Notes under the pieces: model-generated
Told to the model about the DNA's origin: nothing
The model's input: only the letters and a program-made list of their open reading frames with translations
Database searches by the model: none
Program-made: the position numbers and the translations under genes
From: Thermoanaerobaculia bacterium
GTDB taxonomy: Bacteria > Acidobacteriota > Thermoanaerobaculia > Multivoradales > Multivoraceae
Length of the DNA: 64,000 nucleotides
NCBI GenBank assembly: GCA_963666565.1
Contig: OY762911.1
Location: 1,600,001 to 1,664,000, forward strand
Direction: 5' to 3'
Shown here: in pieces, positions 11,929 to 23,908 of the stretch
Position numbering within the stretch: position 1 is the first letter of the stretch
Layout: every line of letters starts with the position of its first letter

Positions 11929-12726
11929 GTGCGGGTCGGATTGCGGGCCGCCGCGACGGCCGCGGCTCTGCTGCCTGGCGCGGCGGCCGCGGCTCTGCTG
12001 TCTGGCGCGGCGGCGGCCGAGGCGAAACGGGTGCGGGTGGGATTTCGAGTCGCCGCGACGGCCATGGCTCTGCTGGCGGTTGGCGCGGGGGCGGCCGGCG
12101 CCGAGCTCGCGATCCTGACCAACGGCCATCGCTACAAGGTGGCCGCGTGGGAACTCCAGGACGGCGGCCGGGTGGCGGGGGTCGAACGGATCCGGCTGGT
12201 TCTGGAAGGCGGCGGGTCGGTGACGCTGCCGCTGATGCAGGTCGAGCGGATCGTCGACGACGAGATCGTCGAGGCGCCGCCGCCGGAACCCGCCGCGGAA
12301 CCCGTCTTCACGTTCGACTACCGGCCCGGCCAGACGGCGCCCGCCACACCCTACGGCGAGCTGTTCCTCGCTGTCGGCCGCGAGCACGAACTGAATCCCG
12401 ATCTGCTGGCGGCGATGGCCCGGGCGGAGTCCGCCTACGATCCGGCCGCCGTGTCCTCCAAGGGCGCCCGCGGCCTGCTCCAGTTGATGCCGGCCACCGC
12501 CGAACGCTTCGGCGTGTCGCCGGGCGAACTCCACGACCCGGCTCGCAACGTCCTCGCGGCGGCCCGCTACCTGACCTGGCTGCGCCGCCGCTTCGAGGAC
12601 GACCTGCCGCGGGTACTGGCCGGCTACAACGCCGGCGAAGGCGCCGTCGACGCCCACGATGGCGTGCCGCCGTATCGCGAGACCGTGAACTTCATCGGCC
12701 GGGTGTACGGCTTCCTCGGCCTGTAG
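11929..12726 (+). CDS. Lytic transglycosylase (SLT domain); true start may be 12031
   Basis: AES, GARGLLQLMP and YNAG motifs; duplicated N-terminus. Confidence 0.9.
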   Translation: MRVGLRAAATAAALLPGAAAAALLSGAAAAEAKRVRVGFRVAATAMALLAVGAGAAGAELAILTNGHRYKVAAWELQDGGRVAGVERIRLVLEGGGSVTLPLMQVERIVDDEIVEAPPPEPAAEPVFTFDYRPGQTAPATPYGELFLAVGREHELNPDLLAAMARAESAYDPAAVSSKGARGLLQLMPATAERFGVSPGELHDPARNVLAAARYLTWLRRRFEDDLPRVLAGYNAGEGAVDAHDGVPPYRETVNFIGRVYGFLGL

Positions 12727-12731
12727 CCGCT

Positions 12732-12791
12732 GGGTGCGCGGGTCTTCCGACCCGCATCGGGCGCGATGCCGCAAAGCGGCGAGCCCGAGCT
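12732..12791 (+). repeat. REP copy GGGTGC-GCGGGTC-TTCC-GACCCGC with a second hairpin
   Basis: Matches the family consensus. Confidence 0.85.
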
Positions 12792-12799
12792 GCTCGGCG

Positions 12800-13726
12800 T
12801 CACCGAGCCCGCGGGTGATGCCGGTCGTACAGCGTCTTCAGCCTGTGCTGATGAATGTGCGTGTAGATCTGCGTCGTCGTGATGTTCGCGTGCCCCAGCA
12901 TCACCTGGACCGCCCGCAGGTCGGCGCCGTGCTCCAGCAAATGCGTCGCGAAGCTGTGCCGCAGCACATGCGGCGACAGGTCCGGTATGCCGGCGCCGAG
13001 TCCGTAGTTCCTGAGCAGCTTCCAGAACCCCTGCCGCGTCAGCCCGCCGCCGCGGTAGTTGACGAACACGACGTCGTGTCTCCCCTTCGCCATCGCCGGC
13101 CGCACCTCGCGCAGGTAGCGGTTGAGCCAGTTCTCGGCCGATTCGCCGACCGGCACCACCCGCTCCTTGGCGCCCTTGCCGAAGGCGACGAGGTAGCCGG
13201 CGTCGAGCTGGAGCTGAGTGCGTTCGAGGCCGACCATCTCGCTGACGCGAAGCCCCGTGGCGTAGAGCAACTCGATCATCGACCGGTCGCGGATCCCGGC
13301 CGGCCGGCTCGTGTCCGGGGCGTCGAGCAACGCCTCGACCTGCGCCTCCCGCAGCACCTTGGGTAGCCGGCGCGGCAGCCGCGGCGGGTAGAGGTTGACC
13401 GCCGGGTTGTCGCCCCGGTCGCCCTCGTTCACCAGGAAGGCGTAGAACCGGCGCATCGACACCAGCGCGCGGCTGACCGATCGCGGCGACAGCCCGTCCC
13501 GGCGCAGGCGCCGCAGGTGCTGGCCGAGCTGTTCGACGGACGCGGTCAACAGGTCGCCGCCGGCGTCCTCCAGGTTGCCCGCCAGCCGGACGAGGTCGCG
13601 CCGGTAGGCGTCGACGGTGTGCTGCGAGAGGCCGCGCTCCACCAGCAGCCCGTCGAGATAGCGGTCCAGCGTCCGCTCGCTCTCGGACACCGTCGCGGGC
13701 CGGTTCAGCGTCTTCGTAGCGGCCAT
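12800..13726 (-). CDS. xerD: Tyrosine recombinase XerD
   Basis: LYATGLRVSE, HVLRHSFATH, LGH, TQIY; ATG at 13726. Confidence 0.92.
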   Translation of the reverse strand: MAATKTLNRPATVSESERTLDRYLDGLLVERGLSQHTVDAYRRDLVRLAGNLEDAGGDLLTASVEQLGQHLRRLRRDGLSPRSVSRALVSMRRFYAFLVNEGDRGDNPAVNLYPPRLPRRLPKVLREAQVEALLDAPDTSRPAGIRDRSMIELLYATGLRVSEMVGLERTQLQLDAGYLVAFGKGAKERVVPVGESAENWLNRYLREVRPAMAKGRHDVVFVNYRGGGLTRQGFWKLLRNYGLGAGIPDLSPHVLRHSFATHLLEHGADLRAVQVMLGHANITTTQIYTHIHQHRLKTLYDRHHPRAR

Positions 13727-13762
13727 TCGTATAGCCAACAATCTATCAGTCGGCCAGCCGCT

Positions 13763-13945
13763 GGGTGCGCGGGTCTTCCAACCCGCCTTGGGTGCGCGGG
13801 TCTTCTGACCCGCATCAAGCGCAACGCCGCGAAGCGGCGAGCCCGAGCCGCGTTCCGCACCGGATGCCCGGTCATCGCGTCGTCGCACACCGGGTGCGCG
13901 GGTCTTCCGACCCGCATCGAGCGCGATGCCGCGAAGCGGCGAGCC
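13763..13945 (+). repeat. Cluster of three REP copies (13763, 13790, 13892)
   Basis: Near-identical 24-mers. Confidence 0.85.
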
Positions 13946-13972
13946 GGAACACGCCGCGCTACGATTCATCCC

Positions 13973-15640
13973 ATGACGAAACGAACCTTGGCACTCCCGC
14001 TCTCGCTCTCGCTTCTCATCCCCTGCCTCGTCGCCTGCGGCGAGCCAACGCCGGACACCGCGACCCAGCTCGCCACCTGGATCGCCGACCTCTCCGACGA
14101 CGCCATGGAAGGCCGCGGCCCGGGCACCCCAGGCGACGTCATGGCGCGTCAGTACATGATCGACGTGATGGCCGGGATGGGCCTCGAACCCGCCGCGGCC
14201 GACGGCGGCTGGGAGCAGCGGTTCGACATCGTCGGCATCGACGCGACCGTTCCCGAGACCTGGACGTTCCACTCCAGCGGCGGCGACAGCGCCGACTTCG
14301 CCTTCTGGGACGAGTTTATCGCGCACAGCGGCGTGCAGTCGGAACAGGCGGCGATCGAGAACGCCGAGGTCGTGTTTGTCGGCTACGGCATCCAGGCGCC
14401 CGAGTACGAGTGGGACGACTACGGCGACGCCGACCTCGCCGGCAAGGTGCTCGTCATGCTGAACAACGACCCGGACTGGGACCCGGACCTGTTCGAGGGC
14501 GACCGCCGGCTCTACTACGGCCGCTGGACCTACAAGTACGAGAGCGCCGCGGCCCAGGGCGCGGCCGGAGCGATCGTCATCCACACGACTCCGTCGGCCG
14601 GCTATCCGTTCCAGGTCGTGCAGACCTCCTGGACCGGACCGCAGTTCGAACTCCCCGACGAGGGCGAGCCGCGCACGCAGATCAACGCCTGGCTAACGGA
14701 AGATGCGTCGCGCCGCCTGTTCGACCTGGCCGGCGTCGACTACGACGAGACCCTGGAGTCCGCCCGCAGCGCCGACTTCACCCCGGTGCCGCTCGGCCTG
14801 ACGACGAGCCTCGCGCTCACCAACACGGTGACCAGCGAGCAGACGGCCAACGTGCTCGGCGCGTTGCCGGGCAGCGACCCGGACCTGGCGGACGAGTGGA
14901 TCGTCTTCACGGCCCACCACGACCATCTCGGCGTCTCGCCGGACGAGAGCCCGGAAGACCGCATCTACAACGGCGCCCTCGACAACGCGGCCGGGGTCGC
15001 CCAGGTGCTGGCGGTCGCCAGCAAGCTGGCGGCGCAGAGAACGGCGCCGAGCCGTTCCATGCTCTTCGCCCTCGTCGGCGCCGAGGAACAGGGCCTGCTT
15101 GGCTCCGAGTACTACGCCGCCCACCCCACCGTGCCGCCCGGCAAGATGGCCGCGAACATCAACTACGACGGCGGCAACCAGTGGGGCCGCACCCGCGACG
15201 TGACCTACATCGGCTACGGCAAGTCGAGCCTCGACGCCGTCGTCGAGGCCGCGGCCGCCGAGCAGGGCCGCACCGTCCTGCCCGACCAGTTCCCAGACCG
15301 CGGCTTCTTCTACCGCTCCGACCAGTTGAACTTCGCCCGCATCGGCGTGCCGGCCATCTACCTCGACAACGGCACCGACTTCATCGACCGGCCGCCGGGC
15401 TGGGGCAGGGAGCAGTTGGACGCCTGGACGGCGAACGTCTACCACCAGGCGTCCGACGAGTACCAGCCGCTTACCGAAGACGGCGAGGGCTGGAACCTGG
15501 AAGGCATGGTCGAAGACGTCGAACTCGGCCTGGCCTGCGCCCGCGACATCTCCGAGAACCCCGAACTCCCGACCTGGAACCCCGGCGACGAGTTCGAAGC
15601 CGCGAGGCTCGCGGCACTTGCCGCCGTGGCCGGCGAGTAG
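13973..15640 (+). CDS. M28 family peptidase lipoprotein with PA domain
   Basis: Lipobox LVAC; AHHDH, GALDNA, AEE and SD metal motifs. Confidence 0.9.
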   Translation: MTKRTLALPLSLSLLIPCLVACGEPTPDTATQLATWIADLSDDAMEGRGPGTPGDVMARQYMIDVMAGMGLEPAAADGGWEQRFDIVGIDATVPETWTFHSSGGDSADFAFWDEFIAHSGVQSEQAAIENAEVVFVGYGIQAPEYEWDDYGDADLAGKVLVMLNNDPDWDPDLFEGDRRLYYGRWTYKYESAAAQGAAGAIVIHTTPSAGYPFQVVQTSWTGPQFELPDEGEPRTQINAWLTEDASRRLFDLAGVDYDETLESARSADFTPVPLGLTTSLALTNTVTSEQTANVLGALPGSDPDLADEWIVFTAHHDHLGVSPDESPEDRIYNGALDNAAGVAQVLAVASKLAAQRTAPSRSMLFALVGAEEQGLLGSEYYAAHPTVPPGKMAANINYDGGNQWGRTRDVTYIGYGKSSLDAVVEAAAAEQGRTVLPDQFPDRGFFYRSDQLNFARIGVPAIYLDNGTDFIDRPPGWGREQLDAWTANVYHQASDEYQPLTEDGEGWNLEGMVEDVELGLACARDISENPELPTWNPGDEFEAARLAALAAVAGE

Positions 15641-15670
15641 GGATTCCCGCGCCGATGATGTCGCTGCCCC

Positions 15671-15711
15671 GGGTGCGCGGGTCTTCCGACCCGCTGCCGC
15701 CGGAGGCGGCC
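15671..15711 (+). repeat. REP copy plus GCCGCC-GGA-GGCGGC hairpin
   Basis: Exact 24-mer. Confidence 0.85.
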
Positions 15712-15779
15712 AGGAGGCGCCGCCGCGAAGCGGCGACCTCGCTGGCGCCCGTAGAGCTTGACGACCAAGGGAGAAACGA

Positions 15780-16019
15780 ATGACCGAAGCCCGAATCGCG
15801 GACCGCGTTCCCGCCAAGATCGAACTCGAAGCCGGCACCTACTGGTGGTGCCGCTGCGGCGAGTCCAAGAACCAGCCCTTCTGCGACGGTTCCCACCGCG
15901 GCACCGACTTCGAGCCGATGCGCTTCACGCTGGAGGAGGATCGCCGCGTCGCGCTCTGCCAGTGCAAGCGCAGCGACAAGATGCCGCACTGCGACGGCAG
16001 CCACCGCTTCCTCGACTGA
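15780..16019 (+). CDS. CDGSH iron-sulfur domain protein (two motifs)
   Basis: Two CxC...PxCDGSH motifs; GGGAG SD. Confidence 0.95.
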   Translation: MTEARIADRVPAKIELEAGTYWWCRCGESKNQPFCDGSHRGTDFEPMRFTLEEDRRVALCQCKRSDKMPHCDGSHRFLD

Positions 16020-16066
16020 ACCAGCGAGGATTCGGCCGAACCCCGACCTGCCAACGTCGATGCAAC

Positions 16067-17095
16067 TCACTCAAGCACGTACTTGAGCCGCCTGACGAAG
16101 TACTTGGTGTCAGATCGGTAGCTGGGGTATGCTCTCCGGACTGCCTTGATCGTGTCCGCGGAAACAAGAACGGCGTCAGCGCCTTCGATGTCGTTGACCC
16201 TCTTTTCAGCATCCAGGTAGTCCTTGAAGATGCGATGTTGATCGCCTTGGCGGTAAGCTCTGATATGGAACTTGCCTTGATCGGGGCGACGTTCGAGCAG
16301 GAAGAACGGCCGACCCCTGGCGGTTCCAAGGTCATCGATGCTGTCGATAAGCAGGGGGTACTCTTGGAGGCGTGCGACGGCGTCGAGTCGTTTCGAGCGC
16401 TCCCGGATTTTTTCCCAAAGAAGGTTGCGGTCCGGCGGTGTGCCTGGAACAGCGGGGCGGTTCTCCTGTAACGCAAAGGCGGAAGCAACCAGCGTGAAGA
16501 ACTTCAGCCACTCTTCCTCGCCCTCACTCGATTTCAGCGACTGCTGGAGAAACGCGCCTGCCGTTTCTACGGCGGTGGCCCAAGCGTGCTGAAGACGAGT
16601 TCGAAGTTGCACTTCTATGAGATGGCCGTTGTACGTCGTGGTCCTTTCGCTGTGGTAGCGGTAGACCAAGTGAAGACTCCTGTAGCCGGAGGTCTTGGGT
16701 GATTCGATGTAGTTCTTCTCGTTTACGAGACGGTGTCTTGTACGCGGTGTGCGATAGGCGTCGCGAAGTGCCAAGACGTCGTCGATTGAGTTGACCACAG
16801 CGCGGCAACCCCCTATGTCCTGCATTTGGGACAGCTTCATGGTGGGGAAGCGGACGAGTTTCTGGATTGCTGAAGGCAGCCGCTTGAGGCGTTGGGAGAT
16901 TACAGGGTTGGTGCAGATCCGGGCTTTGGCTCGCAAGCCGTTCTGGAACGTATTCAGCGGGAAGGCATGCGAGGAGCGCCAGTTGGCGAAGACCCTGAGA
17001 TCTTCCTCGGGCAAGCTACCGTTAGTTGCTTGGGCCAGAGCGCGCCCGGCTCGGTCGACTTGGCTCTTGGAGTGGTCGGGGATGATCCAGGTCAT
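16067..17095 (-). CDS. RelA/SpoT synthetase-domain protein, fused CapRel-like toxSAS
   Basis: QRLKR, MQDIGGCR, SGYRSLH, EVQLRT...QHAWA; C-terminal VLVS...AYPSY (YxxY). Confidence 0.85.
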   Translation of the reverse strand: MTWIIPDHSKSQVDRAGRALAQATNGSLPEEDLRVFANWRSSHAFPLNTFQNGLRAKARICTNPVISQRLKRLPSAIQKLVRFPTMKLSQMQDIGGCRAVVNSIDDVLALRDAYRTPRTRHRLVNEKNYIESPKTSGYRSLHLVYRYHSERTTTYNGHLIEVQLRTRLQHAWATAVETAGAFLQQSLKSSEGEEEWLKFFTLVASAFALQENRPAVPGTPPDRNLLWEKIRERSKRLDAVARLQEYPLLIDSIDDLGTARGRPFFLLERRPDQGKFHIRAYRQGDQHRIFKDYLDAEKRVNDIEGADAVLVSADTIKAVRRAYPSYRSDTKYFVRRLKYVLE

Positions 17096-17190
17096 CTGTC
17101 GATAGCTTCTCGGTGACTCAAGTGCGGGGGCCTTGGGAGGCGGAGGACGGTCTAAGGCCGAACAAGCCTCCGTTTCGGCGCGGGCGGCTT

Positions 17191-17706
17191 CTAGTCTGCT
17201 TCCCGTGTCGGTTGGATTATCTCGGAAAGCATCCACTCCGGGAGCTCCTCGATCTTCCGCATCGTGGCGGGCTTCTTCGTCAGCTTGAAGGTGACGCTCT
17301 GGCCCTCGGCTATGCGGACTAGGGTTCCGGCTGAGCCTTCGGACACCGCTCCCTTGCGCCACGCATCGAAGAGGATGGAATCTGGCCGAATCCCGAGGCA
17401 GAAGAGGTAGTCGTAGGTCCGGTCGAGCCGCACGTGGTTGAACTGAAAGGCGCCTCCCTTGTCTTCCGAGGCCGTCTTGACCTCGAAGAGCTTGCCGCCG
17501 ATCTCCAAATCGGCCGCTGAGATCCGGGAACCCACGCGGTTCGCCACGATTCCGTGGCGCTGCAGGTAGCGCTGGACGAAATCCTCGCCGATGTCGCCCC
17601 GGTTGGTGTTGGCTACGCGGCGGAAGGGCTCGAGCGGCGCGTCGGTCCAGATCGTCTCGGGCGTGTGCTCCTGGATGACGAGGAGCATCAACTCGACCGG
17701 ATTCAC
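17191..17706 (-). CDS. Putative PD-(D/E)xK restriction endonuclease
   Basis: GDIGE...ADL...EVKTA; GTG at 17706 overlaps the MTase stop. Confidence 0.7.
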   Translation of the reverse strand: MNPVELMLLVIQEHTPETIWTDAPLEPFRRVANTNRGDIGEDFVQRYLQRHGIVANRVGSRISAADLEIGGKLFEVKTASEDKGGAFQFNHVRLDRTYDYLFCLGIRPDSILFDAWRKGAVSEGSAGTLVRIAEGQSVTFKLTKKPATMRKIEELPEWMLSEIIQPTREAD

Positions 17707-18509
17707 TCGGGCGCCGTCCACAAGGCGCCGGGCCAGTCGCGTTTCCAGAAGACGAGGAAGTAGGAGTGGTTCTTGCGGGCGTGAACCTGTCTGACCGCTC
17801 GGCTGACGCCGGGACGGTTGGTTCTCACCACGACGAAGAGGTCCTCGGCGACGAAGCCGAGTTCCTCGTAGGCCTGGATGATCTCGACATGGGTGAAGCG
17901 CTGCCTGTTGGAACAGACTTCGTCCTGGCACTTGACGATCATCACGCCGCGAGGACGGAGGACGCGGTAGGCCTCCTTGCCGCCGTCCTCGTACAGGGCC
18001 AGGACGGCCTCGTGGTACTTGGCCTTCGTGCGGTTGCCCGTGTCGTTGTTCCGGTAGTAGCGCTCGAAGGGCTGGTGGGTCGAATGCGCGGTCCCGCCCG
18101 GGGTGTGCATGTAGGGCGGATCGAAGACGACGCAGTCGACCGCGGCGTCCTCGTAGGGCAGATCCCGGCAGTCGACGCCCGTCTGGAGGTCCGTGGCCAG
18201 CAGATCGTAGAGGCCCGCAGGGACGTTCCGCCAGAACACGCCCTTGCCGTAGGTGACGTCGGCGACCGTGCTCCCCGGCGCCAGGTAGAGGTCCAGAATC
18301 TGGGGGAGCACCGTCTCGTTGCCGCCAACGGAGGCGCTCAGCACCAGGTCGTTCGTGGCGATGCCGTTTCGTACTACGCGCCTCTGCCGGGCGCCTGAGG
18401 GACTTCCGCCTGCGATGGAGGACGAACCCGGCGACGACGGCTCGTTCGGAGGATCCAGGACCAACTGTCGCCGTTTCCGGTCGGCGGGGCGCGCTGAAGT
18501 CCGGGGCAT
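17703..18509 (-). CDS. DNA amino-methyltransferase (N6A/N4C)
   Basis: DVTYGKG SAM-binding motif followed by DPPY. Confidence 0.85.
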   Translation of the reverse strand: MPRTSARPADRKRRQLVLDPPNEPSSPGSSSIAGGSPSGARQRRVVRNGIATNDLVLSASVGGNETVLPQILDLYLAPGSTVADVTYGKGVFWRNVPAGLYDLLATDLQTGVDCRDLPYEDAAVDCVVFDPPYMHTPGGTAHSTHQPFERYYRNNDTGNRTKAKYHEAVLALYEDGGKEAYRVLRPRGVMIVKCQDEVCSNRQRFTHVEIIQAYEELGFVAEDLFVVVRTNRPGVSRAVRQVHARKNHSYFLVFWKRDWPGALWTAPE

Positions 18510-18518
18510 GAGCCGATG

Positions 18519-19775
18519 CTATCCCGCCACTATCTCCGCATCGTGGCCGCACCAGACGAGGCCGGACACCAGCTTCGGCAGGAAGCGGGTCGACTTCGGC
18601 GGCAGCAGGTCGCCGTCTTCGGTGGCCAGGGCGAACTGCTTCGGGGTCATCGGCGGCAGGAAGATGCCGGCGGCGATTTCGGCGCGGTCGAGCAGGGCGA
18701 CGATCTGGTCCGGGTCGGCTTCGTAGGCGATGCTGCCGTCGGTGGCGGACTCGATGGGTACGCCGGTGGTCTTCAGCAGGTGATGGTGGAGAAGTACCGC
18801 GGGCAAGTTCGCCTTGCGGCCCGGAGTTTCGGCCGGGGCGGCGTCCGGGTCGAGGGTCCAGAGTTCGGGGGCATCGTCGCCCTGGAACCAGACGGCGAGC
18901 GCCGGTTGCGGTGCGGCCGCGACGCGGGCGGCGATCGCCGGCCCCGCGGTTTCCTCGAGCGGCTCTCTCTCGACAGGCAGCGCGGCCATGGCCGCGCGGT
19001 CCACCGGCGCGCGGACGCCGCGGTGGACCGGGTCGATCCGCAGGTTCGCCGACGCCAGGCTCGTCAGCACGACCATCTTGCAGGCCGCGGCCGTGCCGCT
19101 CGCCGCGCCCGCCTCGGCGGCGTAGGTCTGCGCCACCTGGGTGCGGTGGTGACCGTCGGCGATGGCGGCGCGGCCGTCCTTGAGCGCGGCGGCGTAGGCG
19201 GCGATTCGCCCGGCATCCGTGATCCGGTAGAGCGCATGAACGTCGCCGGTCCAGGGGTCGGTGTGCCGGACCAGCGCGTCCCCGGCGCCGCCGGAGCAGT
19301 CCTCGGCGAGCATCCGTTCCAGCGTGCCGTCGTCCTCCGCCAGATAGAACACCGGCTCGATGTCGATCCGGCTCAGCCGCAGCAGGTCCAGCCGCTCGGC
19401 GATCGACTTCGCGACGGTCTGCTCGTGCGGCCACAGGTCGCCTTCGCGTCCCGGCTCGACGCCGACCAGGGCGCAGAGGCCGAGGCGGCTCGAGCCGTCG
19501 GGCTCGACGATCGCGTACGGATAGACGGACGGCGTCTCGTCCCGGACGACGATGCCCCGCTCGCGCCACTCGCGGTGCAGCGCCACCGACTGTCCATGCG
19601 GCGCCCGGCCGCCGTCGCCGACCGGCTTCGTGACGCGGGCGAACTGATGCGGCGACTGCTCGTGCAGCTTGTCGCGCAGGGCCTCGTCGATCTGGTCGAA
19701 CGGCGGCGCCGCCTGCGCGGCGGCGTTCACCTTGGCGGCGTTGTAACGGTAGCCCTGGAAGGCGAATAGCTTCAT
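18519..19775 (-). CDS. DUF1015 family protein
   Basis: APPFDQI, PHEQT, IADGHHR and PPKSTRFLPK motifs. Confidence 0.9.
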   Translation of the reverse strand: MKLFAFQGYRYNAAKVNAAAQAAPPFDQIDEALRDKLHEQSPHQFARVTKPVGDGGRAPHGQSVALHREWRERGIVVRDETPSVYPYAIVEPDGSSRLGLCALVGVEPGREGDLWPHEQTVAKSIAERLDLLRLSRIDIEPVFYLAEDDGTLERMLAEDCSGGAGDALVRHTDPWTGDVHALYRITDAGRIAAYAAALKDGRAAIADGHHRTQVAQTYAAEAGAASGTAAACKMVVLTSLASANLRIDPVHRGVRAPVDRAAMAALPVEREPLEETAGPAIAARVAAAPQPALAVWFQGDDAPELWTLDPDAAPAETPGRKANLPAVLLHHHLLKTTGVPIESATDGSIAYEADPDQIVALLDRAEIAAGIFLPPMTPKQFALATEDGDLLPPKSTRFLPKLVSGLVWCGHDAEIVAG

Positions 19776-19892
19776 GTCGGCTCCTGGTCCGAACGCTGCC
19801 GGGCCGTTCGCCGGCCAGCCGCGAGTGCGTCAGGCGCGGATGCTAGTCGGAGATCCTCAAGAACGGACGGACGGCGGCAACGCGGTCGCTCC

Positions 19893-22106
<2,214 letters not shown>

Positions 22107-22134
22107 GTCGTTCGAGTTCTCCTGCGTGGCGCGT

Positions 22135-23184
22135 TCAACGTTCGCTTCTTTCGTCTCGGGCGGGGCCGGAGTCGCCGGCGGCGCGGGCGGCGTCGTCCTG
22201 GGCGGGGCCGGAGTCGTCGCGGGACGGATCGAAAGCGGACGTCTCGGCCAACCGCTCGAAGAGGGCCTTCTCCTCGTCGGTCAACCGCTTCGGCACGACG
22301 ACCCGGATTTCGGCCAGGAGATCGCCGCCGGGTCCCTTCGGATCGGGCAGGCCGCGTCCGCGCAGGCGCATCTTCCGCCCGGTCGACGTACCGGCGGGCA
22401 GCCCCGCCTCGGCGTGGCCGGCGAGCGTGGGAACCCGGATTGTGCCGCCCAGCGCCGCCGTCCACGGCGCGACCGGCACGTCGCAGAGGAGGTCGCGGCC
22501 TTCGCGGCGGAAGACCGCGTGCGGCAGGGCCTCGACCCGGAGCAGCAGGTCGCCGTCGGGGGCGCCCGAACCCTTGCCGCCCTGGCCGCCCAGGCGAATC
22601 GCCTGGCCCGGCAGCACGCCCCTGGGGATGCGGACTTGCAGGTTGCGGGTCCGGCCGTTCGTTCGGTCGAGGAACTCGACCGTCCGTGGGCCGCCCTCGG
22701 CCATCTGCTCGAGGCTGAGCGGCAGGGTGACTTCCTGGTCGCGGCCCCGGCGGGGAGGCGACCAGGTCGAGTGCCGGCCGCCGCCGGGGAAGCCCTGCGC
22801 GCCCGCGCCGCCGAACAGCATGTCGAAGAACGAACTGAAGCCGGAGCCGCCTCCGGCGCTCCGGAACTCGAACCGGCCGTCGCCGCCGCCGAAGCCGCCT
22901 CCGTCGCCGAAGTGGAAGCGGAAGCCCTCCCAGCCGGGCGGGGGAGCGCCCTCGGACTGAACCTGCTTCCAGGCGGCGCCGTACTGGTCGTACTTGCTGC
23001 GCTTGTCCGGGTCCTTGAGGACCTCGTAGGCCTCGCCGATGTCCTTGAAGCGGGCCTCGGCGCCCGGGTCCCTGTTGACGTCCGGATGGAACTGGCGGGC
23101 CAGCTTGCGGTACGCCTTCTGGATGACGGCGGGCGTCGCGTCCTTGTCGACGCCGAGGGTCCGGTAGTAGTCCTTGTACTCCAC
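22135..23184 (-). CDS. cbpA: Class II J-domain protein (CbpA/DnaJ-like)
   Basis: HPD J domain, G/F region, no zinc finger. Confidence 0.85.
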   Translation of the reverse strand: MEYKDYYRTLGVDKDATPAVIQKAYRKLARQFHPDVNRDPGAEARFKDIGEAYEVLKDPDKRSKYDQYGAAWKQVQSEGAPPPGWEGFRFHFGDGGGFGGGDGRFEFRSAGGGSGFSSFFDMLFGGAGAQGFPGGGRHSTWSPPRRGRDQEVTLPLSLEQMAEGGPRTVEFLDRTNGRTRNLQVRIPRGVLPGQAIRLGGQGGKGSGAPDGDLLLRVEALPHAVFRREGRDLLCDVPVAPWTAALGGTIRVPTLAGHAEAGLPAGTSTGRKMRLRGRGLPDPKGPGGDLLAEIRVVVPKRLTDEEKALFERLAETSAFDPSRDDSGPAQDDAARAAGDSGPARDERSER

Positions 23185-23243
23185 GTTCTTCGGTTCCCGT
23201 TCCTGGTTGAGCCTGAGCGTTCCCGACCCAGGTTCGGCGGATA

Positions 23244-23264
23244 GTTTAGTCTATCTCACTCAAC
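23244..23264. promoter_or_regulatory. HAIR-like (HspR) operator upstream of cbpA-clpB
   Basis: Minus strand GTTGAGT-N7-ACTAAAC versus consensus CTTGAGT-N7-ACTCAAG; overlaps a TAAACT -10. Confidence 0.6.
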
Positions 23265-23341
23265 TTTGGAACTGGGAGTGTGGATGCCGAATGCGAATGC
23301 CGGCCTTCGGCCGGCATTCTTCTGGCCGCCTTCGGCGGCAA

Positions 23342-23390
23342 GCGGGTCAGGAAGACCCGCGCACCCGGCGGGTCGGAGGATCCGCGCACC
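23342..23390 (-). repeat. Two tandem REP copies, reverse orientation
   Basis: Slightly degenerate matches. Confidence 0.8.
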
Positions 23391-23461
23391 GAGGCGCGGG
23401 CTCCTGGCCGCCTTCGTCGGCCTTCCGAACGGAACGCGCGAGGCCGAAGGCCTCGCTCCGC

Positions 23462-23713
23462 TCACGGCGGGTCGAAGCCGAACGCCGTGTAGTTCAGGGC
23501 GATGTACTTCTCCTGGCCCTCGGGAACCTCTTCGAGGGGCAGGATCGCCTGCACCGGGCAGGCATCGACGCACAGGCCGCAGTCGATGCACTCCTCCGGG
23601 TGAATCAGGAGCAGTTCCCAGTCGTCATCGTCGTAGATGCAGTCGACGGGGCAGACATCGACGCACGACGTGTCCTTTACGCCGATGCACGGTTCGAAGA
23701 TGATGTGGGTCAT
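23462..23713 (-). CDS. Dicluster (7Fe/8Fe-type) ferredoxin
   Basis: C...CVDVCP and CIDCGLCVDACP; ATG at 23713. Confidence 0.93.
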   Translation of the reverse strand: MTHIIFEPCIGVKDTSCVDVCPVDCIYDDDDWELLLIHPEECIDCGLCVDACPVQAILPLEEVPEGQEKYIALNYTAFGFDPP

Positions 23714-23908
23714 CGGACTGTTCCTCGCGTGCCGAACGCCGCCCGCGCCATCGCTTGCGGGCAGCCTTGAAACGGGGCAGACAGTAACAGAGTCGCCCCG
23801 AGCGGCAAAGACGCCCCGCCGCCGAGCGGAGCCGGCCTGACGGCCGGCTTTCCGAACAGGACGCGCCGCCAAGCGGCGACGACTCTCCCGCGCCAGGTGT
23901 CGGCGGCA

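Noticed and set aside
12800-13726. Tyrosine recombinase as a phage or integron integrase
   Set aside because: XerD-type sequence, no IntI patch, no attC array or phage genes
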